Made by a program: the position numbers and the translations under genes. From assembly GCA_964016885.1 (NCBI GenBank), contig CAXHJY010001242.1, positions 33,273 through 97,272 on the forward strand: a stretch of DNA of 64,000 bases, in the 5' to 3' direction. Positions 1 through 14,000 of this stretch are shown here, one piece after another; position 1 is the stretch's first letter, and every line of letters begins with the position of its first letter. Source of the stretch: Eledone cirrhosa (lineage: Eukaryota). Below the pieces are notes generated by a model, which had not been told where the DNA came from, did no database searches, and was given only the letters and a program-made list of their open reading frames with translations.

Positions 1-14
1 TTGAATGAAAAGAA

Positions 15-96
15 CCTTCTGACGAGAATCTTTCTTTGCAACGAAGGCTGTATGGTCTCCGTTTTATTTTTGGGATTCGAAACCGATCGGTAAAGG
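15..96 (+). ncRNA. Type I hammerhead ribozyme (element cut by window start; 3' tail runs to (TA)n at 168)
   Basis: Helix I cctt/aagg; core CTGACGA (19-25); helix II gaatctt...gggattc; GAAA; palindromic helix III ACCGATCGGT; GUA triplet. Confidence 0.8.
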
Positions 97-167
97 AAAC
101 TATAGTAGGTAAAGTCAATTTTTTAAAATTTATTTTGAAACTTTTTCATCATTTACTAAACCTTGTT

Positions 168-349
168 TATATAATATATATATATATATATAATATATAT
201 ATATAACATATATATATAATATATATATATAATATATATATATATAATATATATATATATATAATATATATACATATATATATAATATATATATATATAT
301 AATATATATATATATATATAATATATATATATATATATAATATATATAT

Positions 350-413
<64 letters not shown>

Positions 414-432
414 ATATATTATATATATATAT
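168..432. repeat. Interrupted (TA)n microsatellite
   Basis: Direct reading. Confidence 0.98.
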
Positions 433-782
433 CTTTATATACATAAAAGCGAGGATGTGTGTGTGTCTGTGTACAACTTTTACAATTACCAACTGAATTC
501 ACAAAATGTTCTGTGTAACGTTGCACACGTCGCTAAGATTGTCACATCACAAACATTTTCCAAATCGACCCACGTTGAGCAATAAAAAATCGATAGCAAA
601 ATTATCGGTAGCAAAATTGATGTAACGGAGATAATCAACTTTATTGACAATCCTTATAAAAAAGGGAGTTAACCAAATTTATTGACAATCCTTATAAAGA
701 GACTGCTTATTTTGACAGGTTGGGGACAAATAATGTTCTTTTACTTCCTGGCTGTATACTCTTATCATAATTTCTGATAGTT

Positions 783-786
<4 letters not shown>

Positions 787-872
<86 letters not shown>
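787..872. repeat. (TA)n(TG)n compound microsatellite
   Basis: Direct reading. Confidence 0.98.
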
Positions 873-879
<7 letters not shown>

Positions 880-1171
880 CATATATATATATACATGCTT
901 ATATAAACTCAAATACACATATTTAATTAAAAGTAATATATATGTATATATATATATATTCACACATATATATATATATAATAAATGTAATCTGAGTTTT
1001 TCGAATATGAGTTTTTTGAATAAGCACCAAAAAGTGCGAAACAGCGCTCTGTCAGCTTTATTTCCCCTGTTTGCTGAATTTTAAAGTAAGTGAGACTGTC
1101 ACTACTCTAGAACAATAGCGTAAGGTCTTCGAAATGCGTTTAATTAAGCATACAGTGTATTGCATAATATA

Positions 1172-1600
<429 letters not shown>

Positions 1601-1649
1601 TATGCTTGAGTTTATATATGTTTGAATGTACGTATATTTTGTTATTATT

Positions 1650-1985
1650 TGTGGAGTGAAAGACTCCTAGTCTTCAAAATGACATCCTCTATGTGAAGAT
1701 CACTCTCATATAAAACATGGGACATTGTTTGCATCCCACGGTGAAGACCTGTACTACCTTTTGGGCAAATAGTTTGGATATTCTGAGAGTCGGATTGGCT
1801 CCGTGCATAGCGTTTCCTCACTTGGAAAACTTCAATCGCAGGTATCGTTTGATATGTGGCATTTTTGTGATGCATGGTTATACAGGCTAGTCTCTAGCAT
1901 GACTAAAAGCCCACGTCTATTATGCTCATGCCCAAGTATCAAGCGATGGCATTACTCGAATTGCGGCCATCTTCATGTATGTGTA
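1650..1985 (+). mobile_element. Old diverged copy of RTE-derived non-autonomous element
   Basis: gagagtcggattggctccgtgcatagcgtttcctcac resembles 6724-6760 and 22903-22940(rc); 3' end atggcattactcga...ggccatc..atgtatg resembles the RTE end at 17881-17920. Confidence 0.5.
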
Positions 1986-2119
1986 CGTATTTGTATGTCT
2001 GTGCCTGCGTGTGTGTCAATAATCGCTGTGTTGAAAAAATATATTTGCTCGCGTGTTACAACACTCTCAAGAAGAATTTTAATTGTTACTTATCGACCAG
2101 GTACAATATTTGTATTTTG

Positions 2120-2180
<61 letters not shown>

Positions 2181-2286
2181 CACTAGTAGTAATATTATTT
2201 ATATTATTATTATTATTATTAGTAGTAGTAGTAGTAGTTTGTAGTAGTAGTAGTAGTAGTAGTATTATTATTATTATTATTATTAT

Positions 2287-2362
<76 letters not shown>

Positions 2363-2385
2363 TTTAGTAGTAGCAGCAATAGTAG
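2120..2385. repeat. (TAG)n/(TAT)n trinucleotide microsatellite
   Basis: Direct reading. Confidence 0.98.
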
Positions 2386-3139
2386 TTTTGAAACATATAT
2401 TTAGTTTGAATAAATATCTAATCTGAAATCAAAAGAAAAAATATTCGCATAGTTTCGTTGTTAAATGCCAGTGAAAACGTCAAACTCAATAGCAATAACA
2501 AAACATCAATATAAGAAGTAAAACTTGTCTTTGTTGTCGCTTGTTTTTTATAAGAAATCAGTTTTTCAAACGTTTAGGGATTACAACGGCAGAATGCCGA
2601 AAACCTTTTCGTTTTGACTACGGATGTCCCCCTTTGAATTCATTAAAACATCTGTTCTCATATAAATTTAGTGAAAATGAAGTATTGACGATAATAACAC
2701 AACCAATTTATCAAATACATTATTAGACGAATATTATCAATATCCGGACTTCAAAGACGTATCGTAGTTTGCTTATTTAATATTTTCGAATATTAGATTT
2801 GTATTGTGAAGTTCCAGGTTCAAATCATCATGGTCTGCTCCCTTCCGAACCCTCTTTGCGCTCTCGGGATATACAATCTTTGTGCGTCCACCTATTGATA
2901 CCAATAACAGGGTGCAGGTCCATCCCCTGTTTTCATTGCCCTAAATGGAGCCTGTAACATATGTTTCTACATACATGTCCCTTGTTAACAAATGCAAGAG
3001 ACGATAAGTTATGATTCATTTCTTACGTTACACTATATTGTTACTTTCCCAAACTAGCGAAGACTACGCTTTTTAAGAGGCGGTCTATACATGCCTCGTC
3101 ATAATTACATTACTGGATAGTGGGATATTTATGGGGAGC

Positions 3140-3560
3140 TACAGGTTTCAGCCATTGCTCCATACCACCTTGTAGTTTACAACCGTTGGCCTGGGGCTGC
3201 TTATTAGCCCGGCAGCTGACCACTAATATTGCAACTAATTATCATCTATGCTCATGAAATCTTGGGTAAAGACAAGAATACGATCGCAAATACAAGCAGT
3301 CGAAATGGTGTTCCTCCGAGGGGCCTTTATAGTAATGTTAATCGATAGAGTGCGTAGCTCGGGGATCCTAACTTCAATAAGATGGGCATGTGGTAAGAAT
3401 GCCTCATGAAAAAATCCCTGGACAGATTTTACTGGCAAAAAAAACGGACAGGAGACCCAGGTGCAGAACCCAAGCAATATGATTCGATAAATCCCATGGG
3501 CTCAGCTGGTCTCACTTGGTGATCCAGCTGGATCAGTTAGAGTTGATAGAAATGTTCCCT
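3140..3560 (+). mobile_element. Degenerate RTE-clade (Rex3/Expander-like) LINE 3' fragment
   Basis: Manual translation gives RSQIQAVEMVFLR...DRVRSSGI...GHVVRMPHEKIP...RRPR, matching the post-RT region of RTE-clade ORFs; broken by stops and deletion. Confidence 0.7.
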
Positions 3561-5420
3561 GTGTACATGTGATTTCCATCATAATAACATGAACGTAATT
3601 ATTAAAAGGGAAACATTTAAGTTGAAGAATCTCTTGCTAATAATCTATGAAGCGACAATGATATTTGGTCGACAACTGTATTAAATTAGCCAAATGTGAT
3701 CCCATCTTTAGAATTAAATAATGAGTCTAGTGGGAATTGAGATTATATCAATATGCTACACACATTATGGAGTAAACTTTGTTAATCCTGTTATTGTTGT
3801 TGCTTGCGGTTGTTTAGCTCCCAACGCACTTAGGCCGAATAAGCGTATCATCAAAAGAATTCGAGCTGCGAGTATCTCCATCTTCTTAGATGTATGTAGT
3901 ACTGAAATCTCTATCTTATTCCACCCTCTTATTTAAAAAGGTAGAAGTTGAGTTTTGATGAATGTGGGTGGGGCTACTTTTGCCAGTTGTTCGAGTAACA
4001 AAACAAGGGACAATTCATATACGTTCGCTAAAACTACAATTCTACTCTCCGTCAGTATATGTTCAATCCTGAATTGTGCGAAGTTTATCCAACTCAAAGT
4101 AATGCAGCGTGCAAGGTTGCTTTGGATAATGTACCAATTTGTTCATTATGCATGTGAAAATATCAGGATGTCAACGGTTTGATTTTGATTGACAATATTT
4201 AGACTCAGTTGTATGTGGTCTTCAATTAAACAGCAAGTATGAGGTTTATATAAGCGACCTCCTTACTGTAATGTACCCGTGTGAAAAAAAACGTTATTGA
4301 TGTTGATGTTGGTGACAGTACAACACGTGAATTATTGGAATATACATGGTAGATCTCAGCTGAGGCAATATTATATCTAACCACACTTGATGATATATAT
4401 GTCAATCAATAAAAGAACGAGTAAGAGGAAAATTTAATTTTCTGCAGATATGATACTGAAAGTGAAAAAATATTTTTAAAAAACCATATATATATATATA
4501 TATTCGCACACTCACACAAGTGTGTATGCGCACATATGAGTGTGTGTTTGTGTTAGCGAGTGTGTATATGGGCGTGTGTGATTGAAATAGGAATTCGTTT
4601 TTCCCTGTCAACACGAAATGTTAATTAAGGTAACTTCAAAAAATGTCTCCTTTGAAATCTTTGTTAAAACATCAAATAAATAGATATAAATATGAAATAA
4701 AATTCACACCTGAAATAGATGCAAAAAATAGAAATAAAATATGAATTATACTTTTCTCAATCTATTTTCACCGAAGAAAATTGGTTGAAAAATAAAGAAA
4801 AATAATGAATAACAAAAGATTTTTATAAAATTATTGATAATGGATAGGTTGCGTGTAAGGTTACCCCTACATTATTTTTCATTTGCTATAAATATATGAA
4901 TATATTTATAAAAACACACTTACTACACATGAGCCAACATTGATTATAGGACCAAAATACCTCTATTTCTCATTAAATCGAGTTATGAAATGTTTGATGA
5001 AAGAAAATAAAAACTTTAAAATATCATACATTTCAGTATTAATTATTAATTCTTTTTTTTCCTACACCAAAAGTAAGATTAAATATGAATATTATCAATA
5101 ATCAATCAATCAATCTTTCTAACTATTTCAATCTCCATTACGAATTTCATTACCAATGCATGTGTGCCTTCCTATTTCTATATGTGTTTACACAGACACA
5201 CAGACATAGCAAACACAGATATATACATATTTTTTATGTATATATACGTGTATGTATCTATGTATGTGTGTGCATGTATATATATATATATATATAATTG
5301 TTGTTGGATGCTTAAAGCGTCCGTATGCTGTAGGCCGTATAAGCAATCAATGCCCTTGTAGAACAGAGTATGATATCACAGAAAAACGAGAATCAGTGTT
5401 GCGACTAAAGGAATTTATTG

Positions 5421-5515
5421 GACATATTACAATTGTTTCTCGGGCGACCAGCTCGAGGCACGATCGATATGGTGATCAAACCTGACTCTGAAATCGCGCG
5501 GTCCTCGGATACGTC
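5421..5515 (-). ncRNA. Type I HHR variant with CCGAGGA core
   Basis: Minus strand: helix I gacgtat/atatgtc (7 bp), CCGAGGA, long helix II, GAAA, palindrome ACAATTGT, GUA. Confidence 0.65.
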
Positions 5516-5570
5516 TCGATTCTACGAAGCAGATTTACCTATTCGTAGATTTTCCTTTTCGTAGAATCGA

Positions 5571-5665
5571 GGCGTGTCCTAGGACCACGCGATCTCAGAG
5601 TCAGGTTTGATCACCATATCAATCGCGCCTCGAGCTGGTCGCCCGAGAAACAATTGTAATATGCC
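5571..5665 (+). ncRNA. Degenerate HHR (core CCTAGGA), second arm of fold-back
   Basis: Helix I ggcgtgt/atatgcc; GAAACAATTGTA intact; G5 mutated. Confidence 0.5.
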
Positions 5666-5707
5666 CATTAAATTCCTTTCGTCGCAACACTGATTCTCCT
5701 TTTTTCT

Positions 5708-5791
<84 letters not shown>

Positions 5792-5799
5792 CGTGATTT

Positions 5800-6225
5800 T
5801 GGATGGCCATCTCGGGAGAGATGACCCCTTATCCTTTGTCAAGGCAGAATTCTAGTAGAAGGAAAACTCTGATATAACATCTGCAACCCTGATGGTATCC
5901 AATAATGTGGACTTTTTCTTCTTTTTGCTAAATATCATCTTGGTTAAGAGAGTGGGACTGGCTTTGTGCAGTGCCTTTGCTCACTATAACAGCTTCACGG
6001 TACAGGCATTGCTTTATATCTGGAAATCTCTCTGCATTTGTCATCCCATGGTACCATGGGCCCAGCACTATGTGTCAATAATTGTCACAAGTGTAGTGTT
6101 TGTACCAGAGTTTTCAAGTCGCTGGCTGGACTAAAAAGTCACATTCGTTCAGCGCATCGGTAGAGGTTCTCCTACATGAATATAAAGTAGTGGCTGTACT
6201 CGAAAACGAGTTGGCAGCCACCTTG
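5800..6225 (+). mobile_element. Bipartite RTE-derived non-autonomous retroposon (5'UTR + 3' end)
   Basis: 5' part with (g/t)agaaggaaaactctga; 3' part encodes [25 protein letters not shown] and ends like the RTE at 17650-17915; further copies at 6293, 17938, 42417. Confidence 0.75.
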
Positions 6226-6292
6226 TATATGCATTATATGTATGTATATATATCAAAGGGCAAAGGAGCTCTTAAGAGTCAATGTTAATTTA

Positions 6293-6606
6293 AAATCACC
6301 GGGAAAGATGACCCCTTAGCCTTTGTCAAGGCAGAATTCTAGGAGAAGGAAAACTCTAATATAACACCTGCAACCCTAATGGTATCCAATGATGTTGACT
6401 TCTTCTTTTTGGTAAATATCCTCTTGGTTAAGAGAGTGGGACTGGCTTAGTGCAGTGCCTTTGCTCACTATAAAAGCTTCACATCCCAGGCATTGCTTTA
6501 TATCTGGAGATCTCTCTGCACTTGTCGTCACATGGTACCATCGGTAGAGGTTCTCCTACATGGATATAAATTTGTGGCCGTACTCGAAAACGAGTTGGCA
6601 GCCAAC
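6293..6606 (+). mobile_element. Second, internally deleted copy of bipartite RTE retroposon
   Basis: Near-identical to 5810-6225 but jumps from ggtaccat to cggtagagg. Confidence 0.75.
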
Positions 6607-6626
6607 ATGTATATATATATGTATCT

Positions 6627-6800
6627 CTGGAAACTGGGTTAACTCCGACATAAAACCTGCGGCTCAGTAGTTACCGATCATGTTGATCTTTTATTCTTTT
6701 CGGGTTATAGCTACTGTCGCTCAGAGAGTGGGATTGGCTCAGTGCACAGTCTTTCCTCACATTAAAAATATTCGTCACGCACATGCATTGCACGATTGCA
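6627..6800 (+). mobile_element. RTE 5'UTR-related short repeat (sister subfamily)
   Basis: Near-identical to reverse complement of 22865-23035. Confidence 0.65.
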
Positions 6801-6838
6801 TTAATAATTATTAATAGTATATTATTATTATTATTATT

Positions 6839-9800
6839 ACATTTGCATTTATCTTGCTTTATGTTCATACGATTTATCACCAAGTCACAACCAATGACCT
6901 CAAGAGACAACAAGGTCCGCCATGTCAAGAAATAACATACATACACACACATGCATCTTTAGGTGTTTAGACTTGTTATGTACTTATATTGACAGAATCT
7001 TCCTTAGTATATGGGCAGTTCCCATTAGTACTATCTTTTGTATTTCTCCTATACGCGGGTTTCCTGGGATTTGCAATAAGTAATCATTAGACCCCTTAGG
7101 TATCATTCCTAGAGCGCCTACAACCACTGGTATTGTTTTAGTTCTCAATTTCCACATGTTTCCAATTTCTATCTCCAGGTGCTTATACTTGCTCAATTTT
7201 TCAAATGTTTTTATAGATACATTCTTGTCTATTGGAACGGACATATCAATTAGCAGGCATACCCTCTTTTTAAAGTCCTTCAGTATTATATCAGGTATAT
7301 TTGCATCTATTTTTCGGTCTGTTTGGATGCTAAAGTTCCACAAGATTGAGATGTGATCTTTTTCAAGTATGGGAGGTGGTTGATGCTCCCACCAATTCTG
7401 TTGATGGGGCAGGTCAAAATGCTTACACATTATCCAATGTATGTATTGTGCAGATCTGTCATGCCTGTTTAGGTATTCGGTTGGAGCTATAGGACTGCAC
7501 ATTGAAATTATATGATCAATGGTCTCTGGTTGTTTTTTTACATACACGGCATAATGGGCTGCATCCATTTTTTATTATGTTGGCTTGGTAATTTTTTGTT
7601 GGCAGACACTGATCTTGTGCTGATATAATAAGTCCTTCAGTCTCCGATTTCAGTCCAGAGGATGCCAACCACTGATGGTTTAAAGTTTTGTCAACATCAG
7701 GATTGTTAGCTCTTTCTGGGTATTTTCCATACAGAGGCTTTTCTTGCCATTTCTTAGCCAGTTTCTGTAGCATTTCTTTCTTTGCAGTTACTTTTACCTG
7801 CTTTGCTTTTTCCGTGTTTTCCATTTCAGCAGTAAATGGGACTTCTGAAATGTGTAGTCCATTACTGTATCTTTGTGCATCTTTTGTAATGGAATATGAT
7901 CTTTTGATGCTTTCGTGTTTCAAAACGAGTTTGATCATCCAATCATGTGATTCCCTTAGATATGTAGATAATTCAATTGTTGCAGTTTTCAACCCAATAT
8001 CTAACTGGATTAACCCACGTCCTCCTTCTTTCCTAGGGAGATATATTATATCTGTATCTGCCTTAGGGTGATGCATTCTGTGCATGGTTAAGAATTTTCG
8101 AATTTTTGTATCGAGCCTACGGATCTCTGTGCTTGACCAGTTGATGACATTGTAACTGTAGGTTACTACTGGTATGGCAAGCGTGTTTATGGCATCGATC
8201 CTATTCCTTGCATTAAATTCCGTTCTTAAGATTGCTCTTACTCTGCGGTAACATTCCTTCCTTATCCTTTCCCTCATTGTCGAGTGCTTGATTCCGTCTC
8301 CTTCACAAACACCTAGATACTTGTAAGTTTCCTCTTGATCAAGTTCTCTTATCACATTCCCCCGATCAAGATTAATGTCTGAACTTTTCAGCAGCTTTCG
8401 TCTGGTGAACGTTGCTTTGGTGCATTTATCTAGTCCAAACTCCATTTTAATGTCATCACTGAACTGCTCCACAGTGGATAATAGCCCTGGCAATTGTTCA
8501 TCATTTTTTGCAAATAGTTTCAGGTCATCCATGTAGAACAAGTGATTAATGGTTTTGTCATAGACTTTATATCCATGTTTTGTTTCATTGAGCATTTTAC
8601 TTAATGGTATAATGCGATGCAGAATGAAAGCGGTGACAAAGAGTCACCCTGAAAAATTCCACAATTAATATTAACTTCTCCAGCTTCCAGTGATTTTGTT
8701 CCACTATTCAAAAGGAGTGTCGCTTTCCATGTCTTCATACGGAATGACAAGAATCTCCTGACAACGGGAGATATTTTGAAAATCTCTAAACATTTTTCAA
8801 TCCAACTGTGTGGCAAACTATCGAATGCTTTTTTATAATCTATCCAGCAATTGATAGATTTTTGTGTCTATTATGACAATCTTCCAGTATCATTTTGTTA
8901 ACCAAAAGCGGATCCTTAATTTTGTTAACCAAAAGCTGATCCAAAAGCTGATATGAGCCTCGTTTACACCCTTTCTGCTAATTGGGAAATAGGTCATTTG
9001 TTATCAGGTGGTCATATGTATATTCAGTTAGGATTGATGGTCGAGCAAGTTAACGGTCTGTAATTTTGGGGATTGTTTGTCTCATCATTCTTCGGAAGCA
9101 GGAATGTAATGCCGTTAACTAGCCATGATACTATCTTTTCTGGCTCCTTAACTATTTCATTGTAAAGTTGGGCTATCAGCTCATGAGACTCTGTGACGAC
9201 ATTTATCCAAAAATTTGGTATTTTGTCTTTTCCTGGGGATTACCATTTGCAGGTTTTTCTAAGAGCCAAACGCAACTGTTCAACTGTTATATTTTCCCAT
9301 ATTTGTTCCTCAAGGTGAGCTGTATCTTTCATTTGTCTGTCTGTCCATGGGGCATGTATATCATGAACATTTTCTTCGGCCCAGATCTTTTCCCAGAATT
9401 CTTGCACTTCATCCTTGGGTGGTATTGATTTAGCAGTTATTGTTGACTTACCAATTTTTCTGTAGAAGTTTCTTTGGTTGTTTTTGAACATATTATTATC
9501 CTTATAGAATGTAGATCGTTTTTCAAAGCGCCTTATACAAGCAGCTTTGGCCGACACTTTTTGCTTGATTATTTCTATCACCATGTCTATTTCACTTGTT
9601 GATTTTGTACTGTATTTTCTTTTCAATTTTCTAAGTTTAGTTTGTTTAACATGTTCACCTACTTTGTAGTTTGTTAAAATTTCTGTCAGATCGGAGAAGG
9701 TTTATTTGGCGATTGATGTTCTCTTGCCAAGTAGATTTCTTCTGGGAATTCCTTTGTTTTTTTCATTTTCACTCCACATAAGTGAGTGGTGACTTTAGCC

Positions 9801-10506
9801 GATGCATAATAGAGATGATTTAAATCAGTGATGATAATGTTTTTGAGAATTATTTTAGTCTTGTGTATTATCTGTTTGTTCTGTTTGGAGTTCTGGATCT
9901 TAGGGAGGGTGTCTCGTTCCCCCATGTCAGATTCTTTCATCTTCATCCATTCGATCATAATCCTTCAAGTTGGCAAGTTCATTCTCATTCATTTCTTTAT
10001 CATTTACGATCTCATTGTTTTCATTTTGAGTTTCATCTTGAGCATGCACTCCCTCCACTTTTTCGATCCTTTCTTTAATTTGTTTTGTTGTCATTGATTC
10101 CGCCCCCAACCCTGGGATTCGAAGTGTTACTATTTACCTCGTTTTCACTGACACATGTTTCATTTTCCCTTCGCTGACTTTGTGCTAAGAGCTTGATCTG
10201 ATCAATTTCTATAAAAGTTAGTATCTTTCTTTTAACAATTTTTCTTCGTATATTGGCTAGTTTGTTACTGTCAATATAGCCTCTATTTTCGGGATGATTC
10301 TTTTTCCAGTTGATATATGTCTGTTATGTATTCGATGTATTTGATGGGTAGTACATGGCAGTGTAGAAAGCCTCACGGACTTCTTTATTATCTTCCCTTG
10401 ACTATTTTTGTCTCTTTTTCTTTGGATTTCTTGGTGGTGAGCATGGAGGGCCAACAGTAGTAGTATTCCCGTTATGGGAGGTCTCCAGCTCCAAAGTGAT
10501 GGGAAG

Positions 10507-10508
<2 letters not shown>
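6839..10508 (-). mobile_element. R4/Dong-like RLE non-LTR retrotransposon, copy A (5'-truncated, frameshifted)
   Basis: RT motifs GIFQGDSLSP and FYMDDLKL, CRVC..ETIDHI..C knuckle, RHD and PD..IDM..K..KY restriction-like endonuclease motifs; flanked by (TTA)n. Confidence 0.93.
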
Positions 10509-10555
<47 letters not shown>

Positions 10556-10558
<3 letters not shown>

Positions 10559-11058
10559 GGTGGCAGTTGCGAAAGAGATTATATGGTGGACCAGGTTGAA
10601 AGGACTAAAGACAGACACTTTTCTCTTCGGCCAATCCCTCATCAACTTCTTCAAGTTTCACCTGGAATGGAGGGTGAGGGTGGAGAGAGAAGTGCTGCCC
10701 CCCAGTACATTTGCTAAAAGGTGGGTAAATGTGGCGAGAATGGCTCGTGTGAATGGGCCTACTCTGACCATGCGCCTATAGGCTGGCTAACTTGAGGAGA
10801 GGGGTGCTCTCCTGGGTGCCCTAGAAGCGCAGGGTGGTTCAGGATTGGTGGGGTACCGGAATCACCCCAGGGTCGTCCACCCCATATCGGGGAATTTATT
10901 TTGTTATATTTATGCATAGTTTATTTTATATTTTTATATTTTCATTGTTAAATTAGTCTTGCCATTGTGCACTTTTATTCGACCTTATTGTAAACCCCCA
11001 CTGTCCCTGTCTTTGTATTGTCCCCTACATGTCGGCCCTTGTGGCTAATAAATGAAAT
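10556..11058 (+). mobile_element. 3' end of a Tx1/L1-like LINE
   Basis: ORF end VAVAKEIIWWTR...FAKRW...*, then 3'UTR with AATAAA (11046) and (TTA)n; clade assigned by motif resemblance only. Confidence 0.5.
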
Positions 11059-11087
11059 CATTATTATTATTATTATTATTATTATTA

Positions 11088-14000
11088 CAGTTGCATTTAT
11101 CTTGCTTTATGTTCATACGAGTTATCACCAAGTCACAACCAGTGACCTCAAGAGACAACAAGGTCCGCCATGTTCAAGGAAGAACATAAATACTCACACA
11201 TGCATCTTTAGTGTTTAGACTTGTGATGTACTTATATTGACAGAATCTTCCTTAGTATATGGGCAGTTCCCATTAGTACTATCTTTTGTATTTCTCCTAT
11301 ACGCGGGTTTCCTGGGATCTGCGATAAGTAATCATTAGACCCCTTAGGTATCATTCCCAGAGCGCCTACAACCACTGGTATTGTTTTAGTTCTAAATTTC
11401 CACATTTTTCCAATTTCTATCTACAGGTGCTTATACTTGCTCAATTTTTCAAATGTTTTTATAGATACATTCTTGTCTATTGGAACAGACATATCAATTA
11501 GCAGGCATACCCTCTTTTTAAAGTCCTTCAATATTATATCAGGTCTATTTGCATCTATTTTTCGGTCTGTTTGGATGCTAAAGTTCCACAAGATTGAGAT
11601 GTGATCTTTTTCAAGTATGGGAGGTGGTTGATGCTCCCACCAATTCTTTTGATGGGGCAGGTCAAAATGCTTACACATTATCCAATGTATGTATTGTGCA
11701 GCTCTGTCATGCCTGTTTAGGTATTCGGTTGGAGCTATAGGACTGCACATTGAAATTATATGGTCAATGGTCTCTGGTTGTTTTTTGCATACACGGCATA
11801 ATGGGCTGCATCCATTTTTTATTATGTTGGCTTGGTAATTTTTTGTTGGCAGACACTGATCTTGTGCGGATATAATCAGTCCTTCAGTCTCCGATTTCAG
11901 TCCAGAGGATGCCAACCACTGATGGGTTAAAGTTTTGTCAACATCAGGATTGTTAGCTCGCTCTGGGTATTTTCCATACAGAGGCTTTTCTTGCCATTTC
12001 TTAGCCAGTTTCTGTAGCAGTTCTTTCTTTGCAGTTACTTTTACCTGCTTTGCTTTTTCTGTGTTTTCCATTTCAGCAGTAAATGGGACTTCTGAAATTT
12101 GTAGTCCATTACTCTATCTTTGTGCATCTTTTGTAATGGAATATGATCTGTTGATGCTTTCGTGTTTCAAAACGAGTTTAATCATCCAATCATGTGATTC
12201 CCTTAGATATGTAGATAATCTAATTGTTGCAGTTTTCAACGCAATGTCTAACTGGATTAACCCACGTCCTCCTTCTTTCCTGGGGAGATATATTCTATCT
12301 ATATCTGCCTTAGGGTGATGCATTCTGTGCATGGTTAAGAATTTTCGAATTTTTGTATCGAGCCTACGGATCTCTGTGCTTGACCAGTTGATGACATTGT
12401 AACTGTAGGTTACTACTGGTATGGCAAGCGTGTTTATGGCATCGATCCTATTCCTTGCATTCAATTCTGTTCTTAAGATTGCTTTTACTCTGCGGTAACA
12501 TTCCTTCCTTATCCTTTCCCTCATTGTCGAGTGCTTGATTCCGTCTCCTTCACAAACACCAAATATTTGTAAGTTTTTTCTTGATCAAGTTCTCTTATCA
12601 CATTCCCCCGATCAAGATTAATGTCTGAACTCTTCAGCAGCTTTCCTCTGATGAACGTTGCTTTGGCGCATTTATCTAGTCCAAACTCCATTTTAATGTC
12701 ATCACTGAACTGCTCCACAGTGGATAATAGCCCTTGCAATTGTTCATCATTTTTTGCAAATAGTTTCAGGTCATCCATGTAGAACAAGTGATTAATGGTT
12801 TTGTCATAGACTTTATATCAATGTTTTGTTTCATTGAGCATTTTACTTAATGGTATAAGTGCGATGCAGAATAAAAGCGGTGATAAAGAGTCACCCTGAA
12901 AAATTCCACAATTAATATTAACTTCTCCAGCTTCCAGTGATTTTGTTTCACTATTCAAAAGGAGTGTCGTTTTCCATGTCTTCATACTGAATGATAAAAA
13001 CCTCCTGACAACGGGGGATATTTTGAAAATCTCTAAACATTTTTCAATCCAACTGTGTGGCAAACTATCGAATGCTTTTTCATAATCTATGCAAGCAATC
13101 GATAGATTTTTGTGTCTATTATGACAATCTTCCAGTATCATTTTGTTAACCAGAAGCTGATCCTTACAGCCATATGAGCCTCGTTTACACCCTTTCTGCT
13201 CAATGGGAAATAGGTCATTTGTTATCAGGTGGTCATATGTGTATTCAGTTAGGACTGATGTTAAAATTTTATACATTGTGGTCAAGTAAGTTATCGGTCC
13301 GTAATTTTTGGGATTGTTTGTCTCATCATTCTTCAGAAGCAGGAATGTGATGCCGTTAACTAGCCATGATGGTATCTTTTCTGGCTCCTTAACTATTTCA
13401 TTGTAAAGTTGGGTTAAAAGCTCATGAGACTCTGTGAAGGCATTTATCCAAAAGTTTTGTATTTTGTCTTTTCCTGGGGATTTCCATTTGCTGGTTTTTC
13501 TTAGAGCCAAGCGCAACTGTTCAACAGTTATATTTTCCCATATTTGTTCCTCAAGGTGAGCTGTATCTTTCATTTGTCTGTCTGTCCATGGGGCATGTAT
13601 GTTATGAACTTTTTCTTCGGCCCAGATCTTTTCCAAGAATTCCTGCACTTCCTCCTTGGGTGGTATTGATTTAGCAGTTATTGTTGACTTACCAATGTTT
13701 CTGTAGAAGTCTCTTTTGTTGTTTTTGAACATATTATTGTCCTTATAGAATCTAGATCGTTTTTCAAAGCGCCTTATACGAGCAGCTTTAGCCGACACTT
13801 TGTGCTTGATTATTTCTATCTGCATGTCTATGTCACATGTTGATTTTATACTGTACTTTTTTTTCAATTTTCTAAGTTTAGTTTGTTTCACATGTTCACC
13901 TACTTTATAGTTTGTTAACATTTCTATGTCAGATCGGAGAAGGTTTATTTGGCGATTGATGTTCTCTTGCCAAGTAGATTTCTTGTGGGAATTCCTTTGT

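Larger units (their letters stand above)
5298..5714. mobile_element. Fold-back HHR-bearing non-coding element (PLE pLTR-like) in (TA)n
   Basis: Inverted arms 5373-5528 / 5558-5714 plus unique tail 5298-5372; (TA)n on both sides; related to 36700-36960. Confidence 0.75.

Noticed and set aside
7688-8071. Antisense ORFs over the LINEs (also 11935-12318, 16992-17507, 43547-43858)
   Set aside because: Shadow frames opposite real RT coding sequence.
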